Part shown: positions 49,142 through 59,657 of the stretch, in pieces
Numbering within the stretch: position 1 is the first letter of the stretch
How the letters are laid out: every line of letters begins with the position of its first letter
NCBI GenBank assembly: GCA_965200875.1
Contig: OZ241456.1
Span: 1,088,001 to 1,152,000 of the forward strand
Reading direction: 5' to 3'
DNA length: 64,000 bases
Source of the DNA: Bdellovibrionales bacterium
GTDB lineage: Bacteria > Bdellovibrionota > Bdellovibrionia > Bdellovibrionales > UBA1609
Program-made: the position numbers and the translations under genes
Notes under the pieces: generated by a model
The model's database searches: none
Told to the model about the DNA's origin: nothing
The model's input: only the letters and a program-made list of their open reading frames with translations

Positions 49142-50266
49142 CTAGCCAGCTTTGGGAAGAGGTTTTTGAAATTTTTGTTTTGGGAAATTAAACTGATGAT
49201 CTATAATCTCCTTCATAAAAGAAGGTATCTCACCTGTAGGATAAATAGACCCAGAGTAATTGCCATCGGCTCTCTTGACAAGACGATCCAAAGAGTAAAT
49301 AGCTTTTACTTGGTATATGCCTTTATCATTGACCCCTAATACCTCTGCGACAGATCCAATACGGCGTGAACCATCCTGATACCTAGAAATTTGCACAATA
49401 ACATCAATAGCAGAGCTGATTTGATGTTGTAAAGCTTTTTCACTTAACTGTGAGTCAGCCCCCTGAGCCAAAGCCTCCAGTCGCACGATAGCATCATGAG
49501 GAGAGTTGGCATGTACAGTGCCCAAACAACCTTTATGTCCTGTATTCATAGCCTGCACCAACTCCAAAGCTTCACCGCCACGAACCTCACCAACAATAAT
49601 TCTGTCCGGCCTCAAACGAAGAGAGCTTTTCAACAGATCCTGAATAGTCACTTCTCCCTCTCCCATTTCATTAGCCATACGGGTTTCAAAAAACACAACA
49701 TGCTCATATTCAATCTGCAATTCACTGGAATCCTCTATTACAATGATTCTCTGACCTTTGGGAATGCGATTGCATAAAACAGAAAGCAAAGTGGTTTTAC
49801 CGGAACCTGTCCCTCCACTCACTAACACATTTTTTCCAAGTTTCATGCAAATATCTAAAAAACGAGCTACATCCAAAGTCATCGTACCAAAACGAATATA
49901 ATCTTCAAAAGTAAACTGAGTGGTGGAAAATTTACGAATAGCTATAGCTGTACCTTTTCTGGCACAGGGAGGAATCACAGCATGAATACGATAACCATTT
50001 GGGAGACGCGCATCTAAACGAGGGCTTTTATCATCAATTCTTCTGCCAACACTTTGGGCGATATTATTAGCCGCGGCTCTGACAGAATCCTCATCAGAAA
50101 AACAAGCTTCAGATCTATACACTTTTCCTGCTTTTTCAATCCAAATTTCGTCATATCGGTTAATCATCACCTCTGTCACGCTTTCGTCTTTAAGAAGACC
50201 CCAAATAGGAGATAAAAAATTCTTAATGGCGGACTCAAAAACACCTTCTTGGCTATTCTGGTTCAT
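49142..50266 (-). CDS. cpaF: Tad pilus assembly ATPase CpaF/TadA
   Basis: [49 protein letters not shown]. Confidence 0.93.
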   Translation of the reverse strand: MNQNSQEGVFESAIKNFLSPIWGLLKDESVTEVMINRYDEIWIEKAGKVYRSEACFSDEDSVRAAANNIAQSVGRRIDDKSPRLDARLPNGYRIHAVIPPCARKGTAIAIRKFSTTQFTFEDYIRFGTMTLDVARFLDICMKLGKNVLVSGGTGSGKTTLLSVLCNRIPKGQRIIVIEDSSELQIEYEHVVFFETRMANEMGEGEVTIQDLLKSSLRLRPDRIIVGEVRGGEALELVQAMNTGHKGCLGTVHANSPHDAIVRLEALAQGADSQLSEKALQHQISSAIDVIVQISRYQDGSRRIGSVAEVLGVNDKGIYQVKAIYSLDRLVKRADGNYSGSIYPTGEIPSFMKEIIDHQFNFPKQKFQKPLPKAG

Positions 50267-50290
50267 ATTATCAAACACCTCATAATTTTA

Positions 50291-50317
50291 TTTTCGGCTG
50301 TATGCTCGAGAAACTAA
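50291..50317 (-). promoter_or_regulatory. Putative sigma28-type promoter of cpaF
   Basis: Minus strand TTAG-N15-GCCGAAAA. Confidence 0.4.
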
Positions 50318-50502
50318 AAAAAAACTTTCAGATAAATTGCAATTTAAGCTTATTTTCAAAGATTCCGGGAGATATTCCTTTTTGTAGCATTTTTCTTAAG
50401 TCTGACACAGTTGATTTATAATATCCATATATGCTATGTTTTAAGTATTAAATAATGAATCAACCTGCATTTGACACACTTTCAAACCACAAGCCTTTGT
50501 GA

Positions 50503-51939
50503 ATGTATTTTAAAAGTATTTTTTTATTGTTTTTCATTACCCACCCCTTGCTTTCTTATGCTCTGAATCTCTCCCAAAAATCAGTGGTACAAACTGTGTT
50601 GCAAAATTCCCTAGAGTACCAAAAAATCAAAACTGAGGAAAAAATCAGTGAGCAAAACCTTATAGAATCAGAAGCTTTTCTGGATTGGCGTCTATTCACA
50701 CAAGCCCATCTTAATACACAAGAGCAAAACACTTTAAATTTTTTTGAAAATCCCTCTCAAAAAAACTGGTCTATTGTATCTGGCGTGGAAAAAAAGTTCC
50801 TCACTGGGTCTTCTATAAAAATGCGATATTCTTATCTTAAATTCGAAAAAGATTTTAACCCTGAGTTTGAAAAAATCAGCTCTTCTCCCAATGTCACTTT
50901 TCGGCAAAAAGTAAAACTGGAAGTGGAACAGGATATGTTGAAAAACATCTTCGGCTACGCAGATAAAATGAAACTGAACATTGCCAATACACAAGCTTAT
51001 GCACAAAATTTAAAACTCCTAGAGAAAACAGAAGATTTAATCCTTCAAGCCATTCAACAATTTTGGTCCACTTACACCAGCTGGCTTTCTCTCAAATTAA
51101 AAGTCGCAAAGAAAAAAGATTATGGAAACCTCCTGCGTATCACAAGAAAAAAAAAGACATACGGTTATGTAAAACCCGGAGAACTTTACCAGATACAAGC
51201 TGAATGGGAGAAAGTAAACCAAGAATTGATTTTGCAACAAATGGATTACGAAGATCAACTCACAAAACTGCTCAATCTATTAAATATTCAACAAAAAAGT
51301 GAAGTTCATTTTACTGTCAATAACAAGCTTCCCCCACCTCCTGTTTTAAACAAAAATCTGCAAAAAACTTCCAGAACAGTTTTATTAATGCAAAAAAATC
51401 TTTTTATTGAAAAGCAAAAGCTCAGTCTGCAAAAATCAAATGCTTGGCCAACTCTTAAGTTGTTCGGTTCTTATGAAATAGGAGGTTATGATACAAATTT
51501 TTCTTCTTCTTTCAAAGGACTTACTGATATACAAAATCAAGAGCACTCCTTTGGAATAAAATTCAGCTATCCTCTGCCCTCCACCAGAGTCAGGCAAAAA
51601 CGCATTGCTATCGGCGAAGAAGCGGTTTTTGTCGCTGAATTACAAACAAAAATCACAGAAAAAGAGTTTAACCGGCTCATCGACACTACACAAAAAACTC
51701 TGCAAGCCCTATACTCTGCCCTTAAAAGCTCTAAAAAAGTCCATAAACTGAGAAACAGGTCCTATAAAGAAATAAGAAAAGCGTTTTTACAGGGCCGATT
51801 GAGTGTATTTGAGTTGATTTCTGCCAAAGAATTTTCTTTACTGGCAGAGATGGAAAAAATAAAGCTTAAAGCTCAATATCATCAGGCATTGGCGTATGCT
51901 CAGGCCGTAAGAGATAAACTCATCACTGAATATCAATAA
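50503..51939 (+). CDS. TolC-family outer membrane efflux protein
   Basis: Signal peptide, two-repeat OEP architecture, WPTLKL, QGRLSVFELI. Confidence 0.8.
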   Translation: MYFKSIFLLFFITHPLLSYALNLSQKSVVQTVLQNSLEYQKIKTEEKISEQNLIESEAFLDWRLFTQAHLNTQEQNTLNFFENPSQKNWSIVSGVEKKFLTGSSIKMRYSYLKFEKDFNPEFEKISSSPNVTFRQKVKLEVEQDMLKNIFGYADKMKLNIANTQAYAQNLKLLEKTEDLILQAIQQFWSTYTSWLSLKLKVAKKKDYGNLLRITRKKKTYGYVKPGELYQIQAEWEKVNQELILQQMDYEDQLTKLLNLLNIQQKSEVHFTVNNKLPPPPVLNKNLQKTSRTVLLMQKNLFIEKQKLSLQKSNAWPTLKLFGSYEIGGYDTNFSSSFKGLTDIQNQEHSFGIKFSYPLPSTRVRQKRIAIGEEAVFVAELQTKITEKEFNRLIDTTQKTLQALYSALKSSKKVHKLRNRSYKEIRKAFLQGRLSVFELISAKEFSLLAEMEKIKLKAQYHQALAYAQAVRDKLITEYQ

Positions 51940-51967
51940 TCCCTGAAAAACGAGGAGTAACTATTCA

Positions 51968-53317
51968 ATGAATACACAGTTTGACATAATTATAAAAGAT
52001 GGAATTGCTTTGCTTTCCCATCCAAAGGACCTTCACACATTGGTGGAAGAATCCGTGGATATAGGCATTGCCCAAGGATGTATTGTTAAAATTGGTTCTT
52101 TAGGAAAACAAAGCGCGAAACATATCTTTAAAGCCAAAGGGTTATATATTTTACCGGGACTTATTGATAGCCAAGTGCACTTTCGCGAACCGGGTATGGA
52201 ACACAAAGAAGACATAGAATCAGGTAGTCGATCCGCGCTCTTAGGAGGCATTACCGCATTTTTTGAGATGCCCAACACCACCCCCCCCACTACCACAAAA
52301 TCAGCCTTGAACTATAAACTAAAAAAAGCGGAAGAAGTTTCTTGGTGTGATTTTTCCTTTTTTGTTGGCGCGTCTCCTGAAAACATCCATGAATTACCTG
52401 CACTTGCAAGCGAAAAACACTGTTGTGGCGTAAAAATTTTTATGGGAAGCTCCACTGGTTCTCTTTTACTGCACGAACCGGATAAGCTGAATTATGTGCT
52501 CAAAACCCTGTCCAAAAAAACAGCTATTCACAGTGAAGATGAAATCCGCTTGAGAGAAAGAAAAAAAATTGTGCTGGCAGAACCCGGGAAGGTTCACCTG
52601 CATCCCGTATGGAGAGATCCTGAATCCGCTCTCATATCCACAAAAAAAATTGTGGAATTGGCAAAAAAACATAAACGACAAATACACATTCTACATGTCA
52701 CGACTGAAGAAGAAATGCTTTTTTTATCTCAGCATAAGGAGAACGCCACTGTGGAAGTCACTCCTCAACATCTTATCCTCAAAGCCCCGGAATGCTATGA
52801 TCGCTTGGGGACTCTGGCTCAAATGAACCCTCCTATTCGAGAAGAAAGACATCGTCAAGCTCTTTGGAGAGGAGTGCGATCTGGTGTAGTTACCATGCTG
52901 GGTTCAGATCACGCACCACACACCTTACAGGAAAAACAAAAAACTTATCCTCATTCTCCTGCCGGAATGCCTGGTACGCAAACCATGTTGCCCTTAATGT
53001 TAGACTGCGTAAATAAAAAAGAACTCAATCTGAAAAGGCTTACTGAATTAATGGCTGTTAACCCTCATCGCTATTATGGCATACAAAACCAGGGATTGAT
53101 TCGGGAAGGCTTTAAAGCCAATATCACTTTCGTGGATTTAAAGAAAAAAAGAAAAATCACTCAAAAATGGCTGGCTGGAAAATGCAAATGGTCTCCCTTC
53201 GAAAACCAAGAAACAACAGGCTGGCCTTTTGCAGTCTTGCTAAATGGAGAATGGGCCATGCGGGAAGATGAGCTTATTGGCTCCGCAAAAGGACAACCCA
53301 TTTCTTTTTCCTCTTAA
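51968..53317 (+). CDS. pyrC: Dihydroorotase
   Basis: PGLIDSQVHFREPG, EMPNT, EVTPQHL, MNPPIR, SDHAPH. Confidence 0.9.
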   Translation: MNTQFDIIIKDGIALLSHPKDLHTLVEESVDIGIAQGCIVKIGSLGKQSAKHIFKAKGLYILPGLIDSQVHFREPGMEHKEDIESGSRSALLGGITAFFEMPNTTPPTTTKSALNYKLKKAEEVSWCDFSFFVGASPENIHELPALASEKHCCGVKIFMGSSTGSLLLHEPDKLNYVLKTLSKKTAIHSEDEIRLRERKKIVLAEPGKVHLHPVWRDPESALISTKKIVELAKKHKRQIHILHVTTEEEMLFLSQHKENATVEVTPQHLILKAPECYDRLGTLAQMNPPIREERHRQALWRGVRSGVVTMLGSDHAPHTLQEKQKTYPHSPAGMPGTQTMLPLMLDCVNKKELNLKRLTELMAVNPHRYYGIQNQGLIREGFKANITFVDLKKKRKITQKWLAGKCKWSPFENQETTGWPFAVLLNGEWAMREDELIGSAKGQPISFSS

Positions 53318-53625
53318 TGTAATCGCCTAGGTCGTGAAAAAGTCTTTATATGTGGCTTATTTTCTCATATTCCAAAAAAAACAGGAATTTTCGGCAAAAT
53401 ACGCCCTAAAAGTCCCTTTTTTGAGGGATTTTGTCCACTTCCAAGGTTCTTTCCCATGATAAAATATAACAACTATCAAAAGGAAATCATCCTCTGTTTT
53501 CTCCAGATATTGTCAGAAAAATAGCCGAAAAATGGTTATGCGAGAAAAAACTGTTAATGCACTGTTATAACTTGACTTTTTTTATAAAATATTTGAAAAA
53601 TAATCGCAAATTGAAAGCTGAAATT

Positions 53626-54876
53626 ATGAAAAACCAATCTCTATGGAGACAGGCGATAAAAGATTTTTGCCCATATAGTGGAAAATTAAGTATATATGAG
53701 TTAAAAGAAGTATTCCACTTATTACCACTAGATAAATTAAAAAAAACCATAGATCACCCTTAAAAAAACATAATGAAAGAAATTGAAGAAAAATTAGTTG
53801 GAAAAATTGTAACTATATCTGAAATTGCCGGATATTTAGGAATGAAAGTTTCAGAAAAGTTAAAGAATAAAGAATGTAAGAAAATCGTGGACACTCTACT
53901 TCATGAAAATATAATTATTGAACCAAATGCAGTGTATTTTAAAAAAAATTATAAAAAAAATGATTGCGTCCTTTTATCAAAAACAAAAAAGGCTTCCATG
54001 TTAAATACCAATAATTATGAATTAGCCGCCACATTGGTTGATCTTGGAGTTGACTTAGTTTACTCTGATGATGATTTTTCAGATGAAGAAGCGCGGAAAA
54101 TTTATTTCACTGTTGGTTCTGACTTTTTGAATACACCTCTTGAATTTGAACACCTTAAACTCCGAATAGAACTTTACAAAACTCAAAAACCAAATATATC
54201 TGGTGTGATTAATAATATTTCTAAAAATCTTGAAACTAAAAACCTTGAAACTCTTAGTGAATATTTGGTAAAATTAGCTTTGAATGATAAAAAACATTTT
54301 ACAAATGAAGAAGATAAAAAAATTAAAAGGTTTTTATCAAAACTAGGAGTAACAGAATTTTATATAGAAAAAATATATAAGCAATTTGGAATCAACGAAA
54401 TATTAAAAAATGTAGAATTAAAAACCTCTCAAAATAATATTCAACAAGGAAGTTTAATACCAAAAAACAATGAAGTTGTATTAGATCGAACTGAATTTAT
54501 TTTAGATCAGGAGAAACTCCATCAGATTAAATCAGATACAGAAACAGTAAAATTAATTCTTTCAGAAATAATAACAGAAGAAGAAGAAAATGATGATATA
54601 CCAATAGTCAGAGAAGTGAAGGAAAATGAAAGTGAACTGGATAATAAGTATTTGCCATTTTTAAATATTATTACTCAACAAAACAAATGGGATAAAAAAT
54701 CTCTTAGAGATAAGGCAAAAGAACATAAGTTTATGGTCAATGCCGCTATATCAAAAATAAACGAATGGGCTGAAGAAAAATATGGTGACTATCTATTGTT
54801 TGAAAATGATAATAATTTTGAAGTCAATACATTAATTTTGGAGAATATAAAAAATGATAACAATCAAGCCTCGTGA
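53626..54876 (+). pseudogene. TerB-C domain protein, N-terminally truncated and split by an in-frame TAA (53761-53763); intact part 53773..54876
   Basis: C-terminal LDQEKLHQIKSDTETVKLILSEI...AAISKINEWAEEKYGDYL resembles TerB-C; upstream MKNQ...LLPLDKLKKTIDHP* is in the same frame. Confidence 0.6.
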
Positions 54877-56116
54877 AAGAGATTCCATTATTACATCACT
54901 TAGAGCTGGGGTAGTTCCCAGAATAGGGTTACATCATATTCAAGTCGGACGTTTGCACGAAATTCAAGCCGTCATAAATGATTTTGAAAAAATAAAAAAT
55001 AGTGGCTCCACTATACGGTTTATTGTCGGTGATTTTGGTTCTGGTAAAACCTTCTTTCTTACTTTATCCAAGGTACTGGCTCATAAGAAAAATATTATAT
55101 CCACTAATGCTGATATAACTCTTGAAAAGACACTCTATTCGAGAGACGGAAAAGCGAAAGCCACTTTTTCAGAATTAATACAAAACCTCTCTATTAAACA
55201 AAAACCTGATGGAGGGGCACTAAAATATATTATAGAAAATTGGTTATCAGAATTCATGGAGTTAGAGGAGAAAGAAAGGAAAAGTCAACTTAGACAAAAA
55301 TTGTCACCTTTAAAGGATTATGTTGCTGGTTATGATTTTATTGAAGTTTTAGATCATTATATAGAAGCCTATAATAAAGGAAATGATGATCTGCTTGATG
55401 CTTGTTTAAGGTGGTTAAGAGGAGAATTTAAAAATATTACATCAGCTAAACAAGAACTTCCAAATATAAAAACATTTATAAGTGACAATAATTATTATGA
55501 TTACTTAAAATTATATTCTGCTTTTTTTAGAATTACAGGGTATGATGGATTTTTAATTTGTCTTGATGAATTAGCAACTTTAACTCGACAAAAAGCAGAT
55601 ATAAGAAAAAAGAATTATGAAACAATTCTTAAAATTATAAATGATTCCCTTCAAGGAATGAGCAAAGGGTTGATGTTTGTATTTGGAGGCACACCAGATT
55701 TTGTATTTTGTGATAGAAAAGGATTATACAGTTATGGTGCCTTAAAAACACGATTAGCAAAAAATACTTTTAAAAATGATAAACTTAAAGATTACAATGA
55801 TCCACTAATTGAACTGGATAAGCTTACACCAGAGGAGTATTTTCAGTTATTTGGAAATATAAGGATGGTATTTGCAAATGGGATACAAACTGATTTTTTA
55901 ATTACTGATAATGATATTCATCTGTTTTTAAAAAAAATGTATAATAAATTAGGCGCAAAAGAACATATAACCACTAGAGATGCTATCAAAGAGTTTATCT
56001 CAGCTCTCAGTGTATTGGAACAAAATCCTGGAGTTACCTTTCAGGAAGTTATTAATTTTTCAGCCCCCAAGAAAAAACCAGAACCTATAAATAATGAGAA
56101 TATAGTCTATGAGTAA
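54854..56116 (+). CDS. DUF2791/BrxD-like P-loop ATPase
   Basis: SLRAGVVPRIGL, GDFGSGKTFF, LRWLRGE, ICLDE, GLYSYGALKTRL. Confidence 0.85.
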   Translation: MITIKPRERDSIITSLRAGVVPRIGLHHIQVGRLHEIQAVINDFEKIKNSGSTIRFIVGDFGSGKTFFLTLSKVLAHKKNIISTNADITLEKTLYSRDGKAKATFSELIQNLSIKQKPDGGALKYIIENWLSEFMELEEKERKSQLRQKLSPLKDYVAGYDFIEVLDHYIEAYNKGNDDLLDACLRWLRGEFKNITSAKQELPNIKTFISDNNYYDYLKLYSAFFRITGYDGFLICLDELATLTRQKADIRKKNYETILKIINDSLQGMSKGLMFVFGGTPDFVFCDRKGLYSYGALKTRLAKNTFKNDKLKDYNDPLIELDKLTPEEYFQLFGNIRMVFANGIQTDFLITDNDIHLFLKKMYNKLGAKEHITTRDAIKEFISALSVLEQNPGVTFQEVINFSAPKKKPEPINNENIVYE

Positions 56117-58250
56117 TAATTACGATACTTTTAAACTCCTTCATCCTGAAGTTGGAAAAGCTATATATGATTTAAATTGGGATACATTTCGGCCTATTCA
56201 AGATGAGTCAATAGAAAAAATTATTAAAACAAAAAAAAATATAATTATCTCTGCTCCAACAGCAGGAGGAAAAACAGAAGCGGCTTTTTTACCAGCAATT
56301 AGTGAGTCTATTCCAGAAATTAATCAATCTCTTAAAATTGTATATATTTCTCCTTTAAGAGCGTTAATAAATGATCAAATTTTCAGAATAGAAAATTTAT
56401 GCCAATATTTAAATTGCAAAGTAACCAGATGGCATAGCGATGCTTCCCTAAGTAAAAAAAAGAGCTTTTTTAAAAATCCAAGTGGAATAATATTAATTAC
56501 ACCGGAAAGTCTTGAATCATTTTTAATCAATCGTAGCTCTGTAATATACAAATTGTTTAAGTCAGTTGACTTTTATATCATTGATGAAGTTCATTATTTT
56601 GTAGGCAGTTCACGGGGAGAACAACTCAGATCAATTTTAAATAGATTTGACAGCATTATCAAGAAAACTCCCAGAAGACTTTTATTATCCGCGACAATGG
56701 GTAATCTGGAAAATTATAAAATCTGGTTGAATGATAACGAACCTTTTCTCATTAAAGATACAAATGAAGGAAGAGGAATAAAGGGTTCAATCAGGTTTTT
56801 TGAAGAAGATGATGATGAAAATGATAAAAATGATAAAAATGATAAAAACAATGCTTATTTAAGGGAGTTAATAAATATTACCTCAAGTGGCAAAAAATTA
56901 ATATTTGCAAATTCAAAAAGACAATTAGAAAAAACATGTGCTGATATAAAATCAATAATTAAAAAGTCTTCCACAGCCAATTCAAATATTGATATCCATC
57001 ATGGTTCTTTAAGTAAAGAACATAGAGAAGATGTTGAAAAACGCCTGAGAACTGAAGCTGATATATCTGTCTTTTGCACAACCACTCTTGAGTTAGGAAT
57101 TGATATTGGAGATATTGATGAAGTGTTATTAATCTCTGTACCTTGGTCAGTATCTTCGTTTATACAAAAAATAGGTCGTTCTGGAAGAAAAGAGAACACC
57201 CAAACGGAATTTAGTTTTGTATTAAAAAATCTACCGGTAAAAGAAAACTCTCATATCTGTGATGGTCTCAGATGTGAGTTAATCCACTCAATTGCTTTAA
57301 TAGAATTGATGCTCAGTGGTTGGTGTGAACCTGGAAATGTACAAACAAATTCATATTCCACCTTTGTTCATCAGGTAATGGCTTTCCTGGCACAAAAAAG
57401 AGAAACAACAGCAGAAGAGATTTGGACAGAAATCGTTCAACAAAGTTTTTCCAATAAAATTTCAAGTATGGATTTTGAAGATATAATAAACTATTTGATT
57501 GAGAAAAATTATATAAGTAACTCTTTAAACGATGTTTTCATTTTAGGGCATGAAGGGGATAGAATGACAGAACACTATGATTTTTATAGTGTATTTTTTA
57601 CACCTGAGCAATGGGTTATATGTAATGGATCACAAAAAATAGGAATAATCCCTTTACAAAATATTTTTAGTAAAGAAGACACTATTTTATTTGCTGGTAA
57701 AAAATGGAAAGTGAAAGATATAGATTATGAATCTAAAGTACTCCAAGTTACAAAAGCTAAAGAAGGTAAAATTCCTTTATTTGGCGGATATGGTGGTCTA
57801 ATACATTATCAAATTCATAAAAAAATGAAAAATATTTATGAAGGTAAGGAGTATTACAAGTATTTAACATTTTCCGCAGAAAAGTTTTTAAATCTATCTA
57901 AACAGACTTATCAAGATTTGATTCAATCAGAGAATTTTTTACCCATCTTTAAAGGATCAGGAACTTGCAACTTAGTATCTTTTATATTGAGATCAAAAGA
58001 TATTGATTTTGATGAAATTAATACAAACATTGGTATTTATTTAAAAGATTTTAATAAGGATAAAGCCATTAAACTCTTAAAAGAATTTAACGACATTCAA
58101 AAAATTGATTCTCTTTTAGACAATTTACCTTTAGATAAATTATATTTGGATAAATACGACTATTTGTTACCTGAATCTATTTTAAGAAAATCATTTATTA
58201 ACAGCACTTTTGATATAAAGCATTTCTTGGAATACATAGATCAAGTCTGA
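56109..58250 (+). CDS. Lhr-like DEAD/DEAH-box helicase
   Basis: APTAGGKTEAAFLP, SPLRALINDQ, TPESLE, DEVH, SAT, HHGSLS, TTLELGIDIG, QKIGRSGR. Confidence 0.92.
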   Translation: MSNNYDTFKLLHPEVGKAIYDLNWDTFRPIQDESIEKIIKTKKNIIISAPTAGGKTEAAFLPAISESIPEINQSLKIVYISPLRALINDQIFRIENLCQYLNCKVTRWHSDASLSKKKSFFKNPSGIILITPESLESFLINRSSVIYKLFKSVDFYIIDEVHYFVGSSRGEQLRSILNRFDSIIKKTPRRLLLSATMGNLENYKIWLNDNEPFLIKDTNEGRGIKGSIRFFEEDDDENDKNDKNDKNNAYLRELINITSSGKKLIFANSKRQLEKTCADIKSIIKKSSTANSNIDIHHGSLSKEHREDVEKRLRTEADISVFCTTTLELGIDIGDIDEVLLISVPWSVSSFIQKIGRSGRKENTQTEFSFVLKNLPVKENSHICDGLRCELIHSIALIELMLSGWCEPGNVQTNSYSTFVHQVMAFLAQKRETTAEEIWTEIVQQSFSNKISSMDFEDIINYLIEKNYISNSLNDVFILGHEGDRMTEHYDFYSVFFTPEQWVICNGSQKIGIIPLQNIFSKEDTILFAGKKWKVKDIDYESKVLQVTKAKEGKIPLFGGYGGLIHYQIHKKMKNIYEGKEYYKYLTFSAEKFLNLSKQTYQDLIQSENFLPIFKGSGTCNLVSFILRSKDIDFDEINTNIGIYLKDFNKDKAIKLLKEFNDIQKIDSLLDNLPLDKLYLDKYDYLLPESILRKSFINSTFDIKHFLEYIDQV

Positions 58251-58293
58251 AAAAGAGACAACTACTATTGGAAAAGGGTTAAGAAATAAATTG

Positions 58294-58539
58294 TTATCTG
58301 AAGTTTTCATTTTTCAGCTGTTTTATCTCTTCTTCCGAAAATCCCGTCACTTCAGAAATAAGATCAGCAGAAAGTTTTTTCTCCAGCATATTTAAAACAA
58401 TCTGTTGTCGTCCCTGTTGCATGCCCTGTTGCATACCCTGTTGCATGCCCTGTTGCATGCCCTGTTGCATACCCTGTTGCATGCCCTTCTGTATTCCTTC
58501 TTGTCGACCTTCCTCTTTAATATGTTCTCTTATGTTCAT
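58294..58539 (-). CDS. Stand-alone Rpn (PD-(D/E)XK putative transposase) C-terminal module, RpnS-like; upstream nuclease part lost (frame open to 58680)
   Basis: Strong SD AAAAGGAGG before ATG 58539; EEGRQEG(QQGM)n then IVLNMLEKKLSADLISEVTGFSEEEI (HTH-like tail). Confidence 0.75.
   Translation of the reverse strand: MNIREHIKEEGRQEGIQKGMQQGMQQGMQQGMQQGMQQGMQQGRQQIVLNMLEKKLSADLISEVTGFSEEEIKQLKNENFR
58411..58486. repeat. 12-bp tandem repeat (QQGM), about 6 copies
   Basis: CCCTGTTGCAT(G/A) repeated. Confidence 0.9.
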
Positions 58540-58812
58540 ATAACCTCCTTTTGAAAAAATACCCTTAATAACAGCTTCATGTTCCAACTTCTCCCATAAT
58601 TCCTTTGTCATACCGGAAACAGACGACCAAAAATAATCTCCCAACATAAATCCATACTTGAAGTAAAACTTTCCGCGCATAAAATTTTGAGAAACTACTA
58701 TGATGTTCTAAAATAAGGGTGATTCAGTATACCCTTAATGGAATTTTCTGTCAAGATAAAAAATAACTTGTCATATAGAGGTCAAGGGAGTAAAATATTT
58801 TAAGCGAAGGAG

Positions 58813-59517
58813 ATGAAGGGAACTGGTGACATTATGAAAACTATAATAATATTGATCACTATATTTTTTTATATAGCTTCCGGGCAGGCAGATACTTCAC
58901 CAAAAACAAAGTTGTCATACGAAAAATTCAAAAATACAGAGGGTATAATCTCTACAACAAAAAAGTCTGGTTTTTTAACTCTGGGTATCGGTAATGAATT
59001 TATCCCTTTGGACAATTTTATACATGACAGGTTTTCCATATACTTGAGATATGGTCGCTATTTATCAAAACAAAGTTTCTTTTCAGCAGGTATTAAATCT
59101 GCTTATTCAGATTTTTTTAACAATGCTTATTTTTTGCAATTAAAATATGGGTACGATTTGATCAAAAATGGAGCATGGATTCCAGGATTGGATTTTTCAA
59201 TTTTTCTGGGAGTGGGAAATAAGAAATATTTGACATCCAGACCTCTTTATCCCTATAGAAATGAAAGTATTAGCGAGCAAGAGTATCAGAAAAAGATATT
59301 GGAATACGATAAAAAACTTGATAACTATGAAAAAGAAAGAAGAAGATTTCTTGCCTTGGGCTTTGATTTAGGCACATATATCAAGTCCTTTGTCTCCCCT
59401 ACTACAGCTCTCGTTTTAAGAGTGGGAGCTGGACATGACAGCTCTGAAGGGTGGGATAATTTTGATCTGATGGATACTAAAATATATATCAACCTAGCTT
59501 TGCAATGGTATTTTTAG
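58813..59517 (+). CDS. Hypothetical exported beta-barrel-like protein (alternative start 58834)
   Basis: Signal peptide MKTIIIL...GQA; C-terminal YINLALQWYF beta-signal. Confidence 0.65.
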   Translation: MKGTGDIMKTIIILITIFFYIASGQADTSPKTKLSYEKFKNTEGIISTTKKSGFLTLGIGNEFIPLDNFIHDRFSIYLRYGRYLSKQSFFSAGIKSAYSDFFNNAYFLQLKYGYDLIKNGAWIPGLDFSIFLGVGNKKYLTSRPLYPYRNESISEQEYQKKILEYDKKLDNYEKERRRFLALGFDLGTYIKSFVSPTTALVLRVGAGHDSSEGWDNFDLMDTKIYINLALQWYF

Positions 59518-59545
59518 GGTTTTTCACGAGCAACTATTTAAAAAA

Positions 59546-59629
59546 GCCTCGGTGGCGGAATTGGTAGACGCGTGCGACTCAAAATCGCATGACCGCAAGG
59601 TCGTGGGAGTTCAAGTCTCCCCCGAGGCA
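59546..59629 (+). tRNA. tRNA-Leu(CAA)
   Basis: GCCTCGGTGGCGGAATTGGTAGACGCGTGCGACTCAAAATCGCATGACCGCAAGGTCGTGGGAGTTCAAGTCTCCCCCGAGGCA; long variable arm; CCA not encoded. Confidence 0.96.
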
Positions 59630-59657
59630 CTTTAACTTAAAAAAGAAAAAAACAAAT

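Noticed and set aside
59589..59657. N-terminal extension of the RND ORF
   Set aside because: Begins inside tRNA-Leu; TTG at 59658 is the more plausible start.
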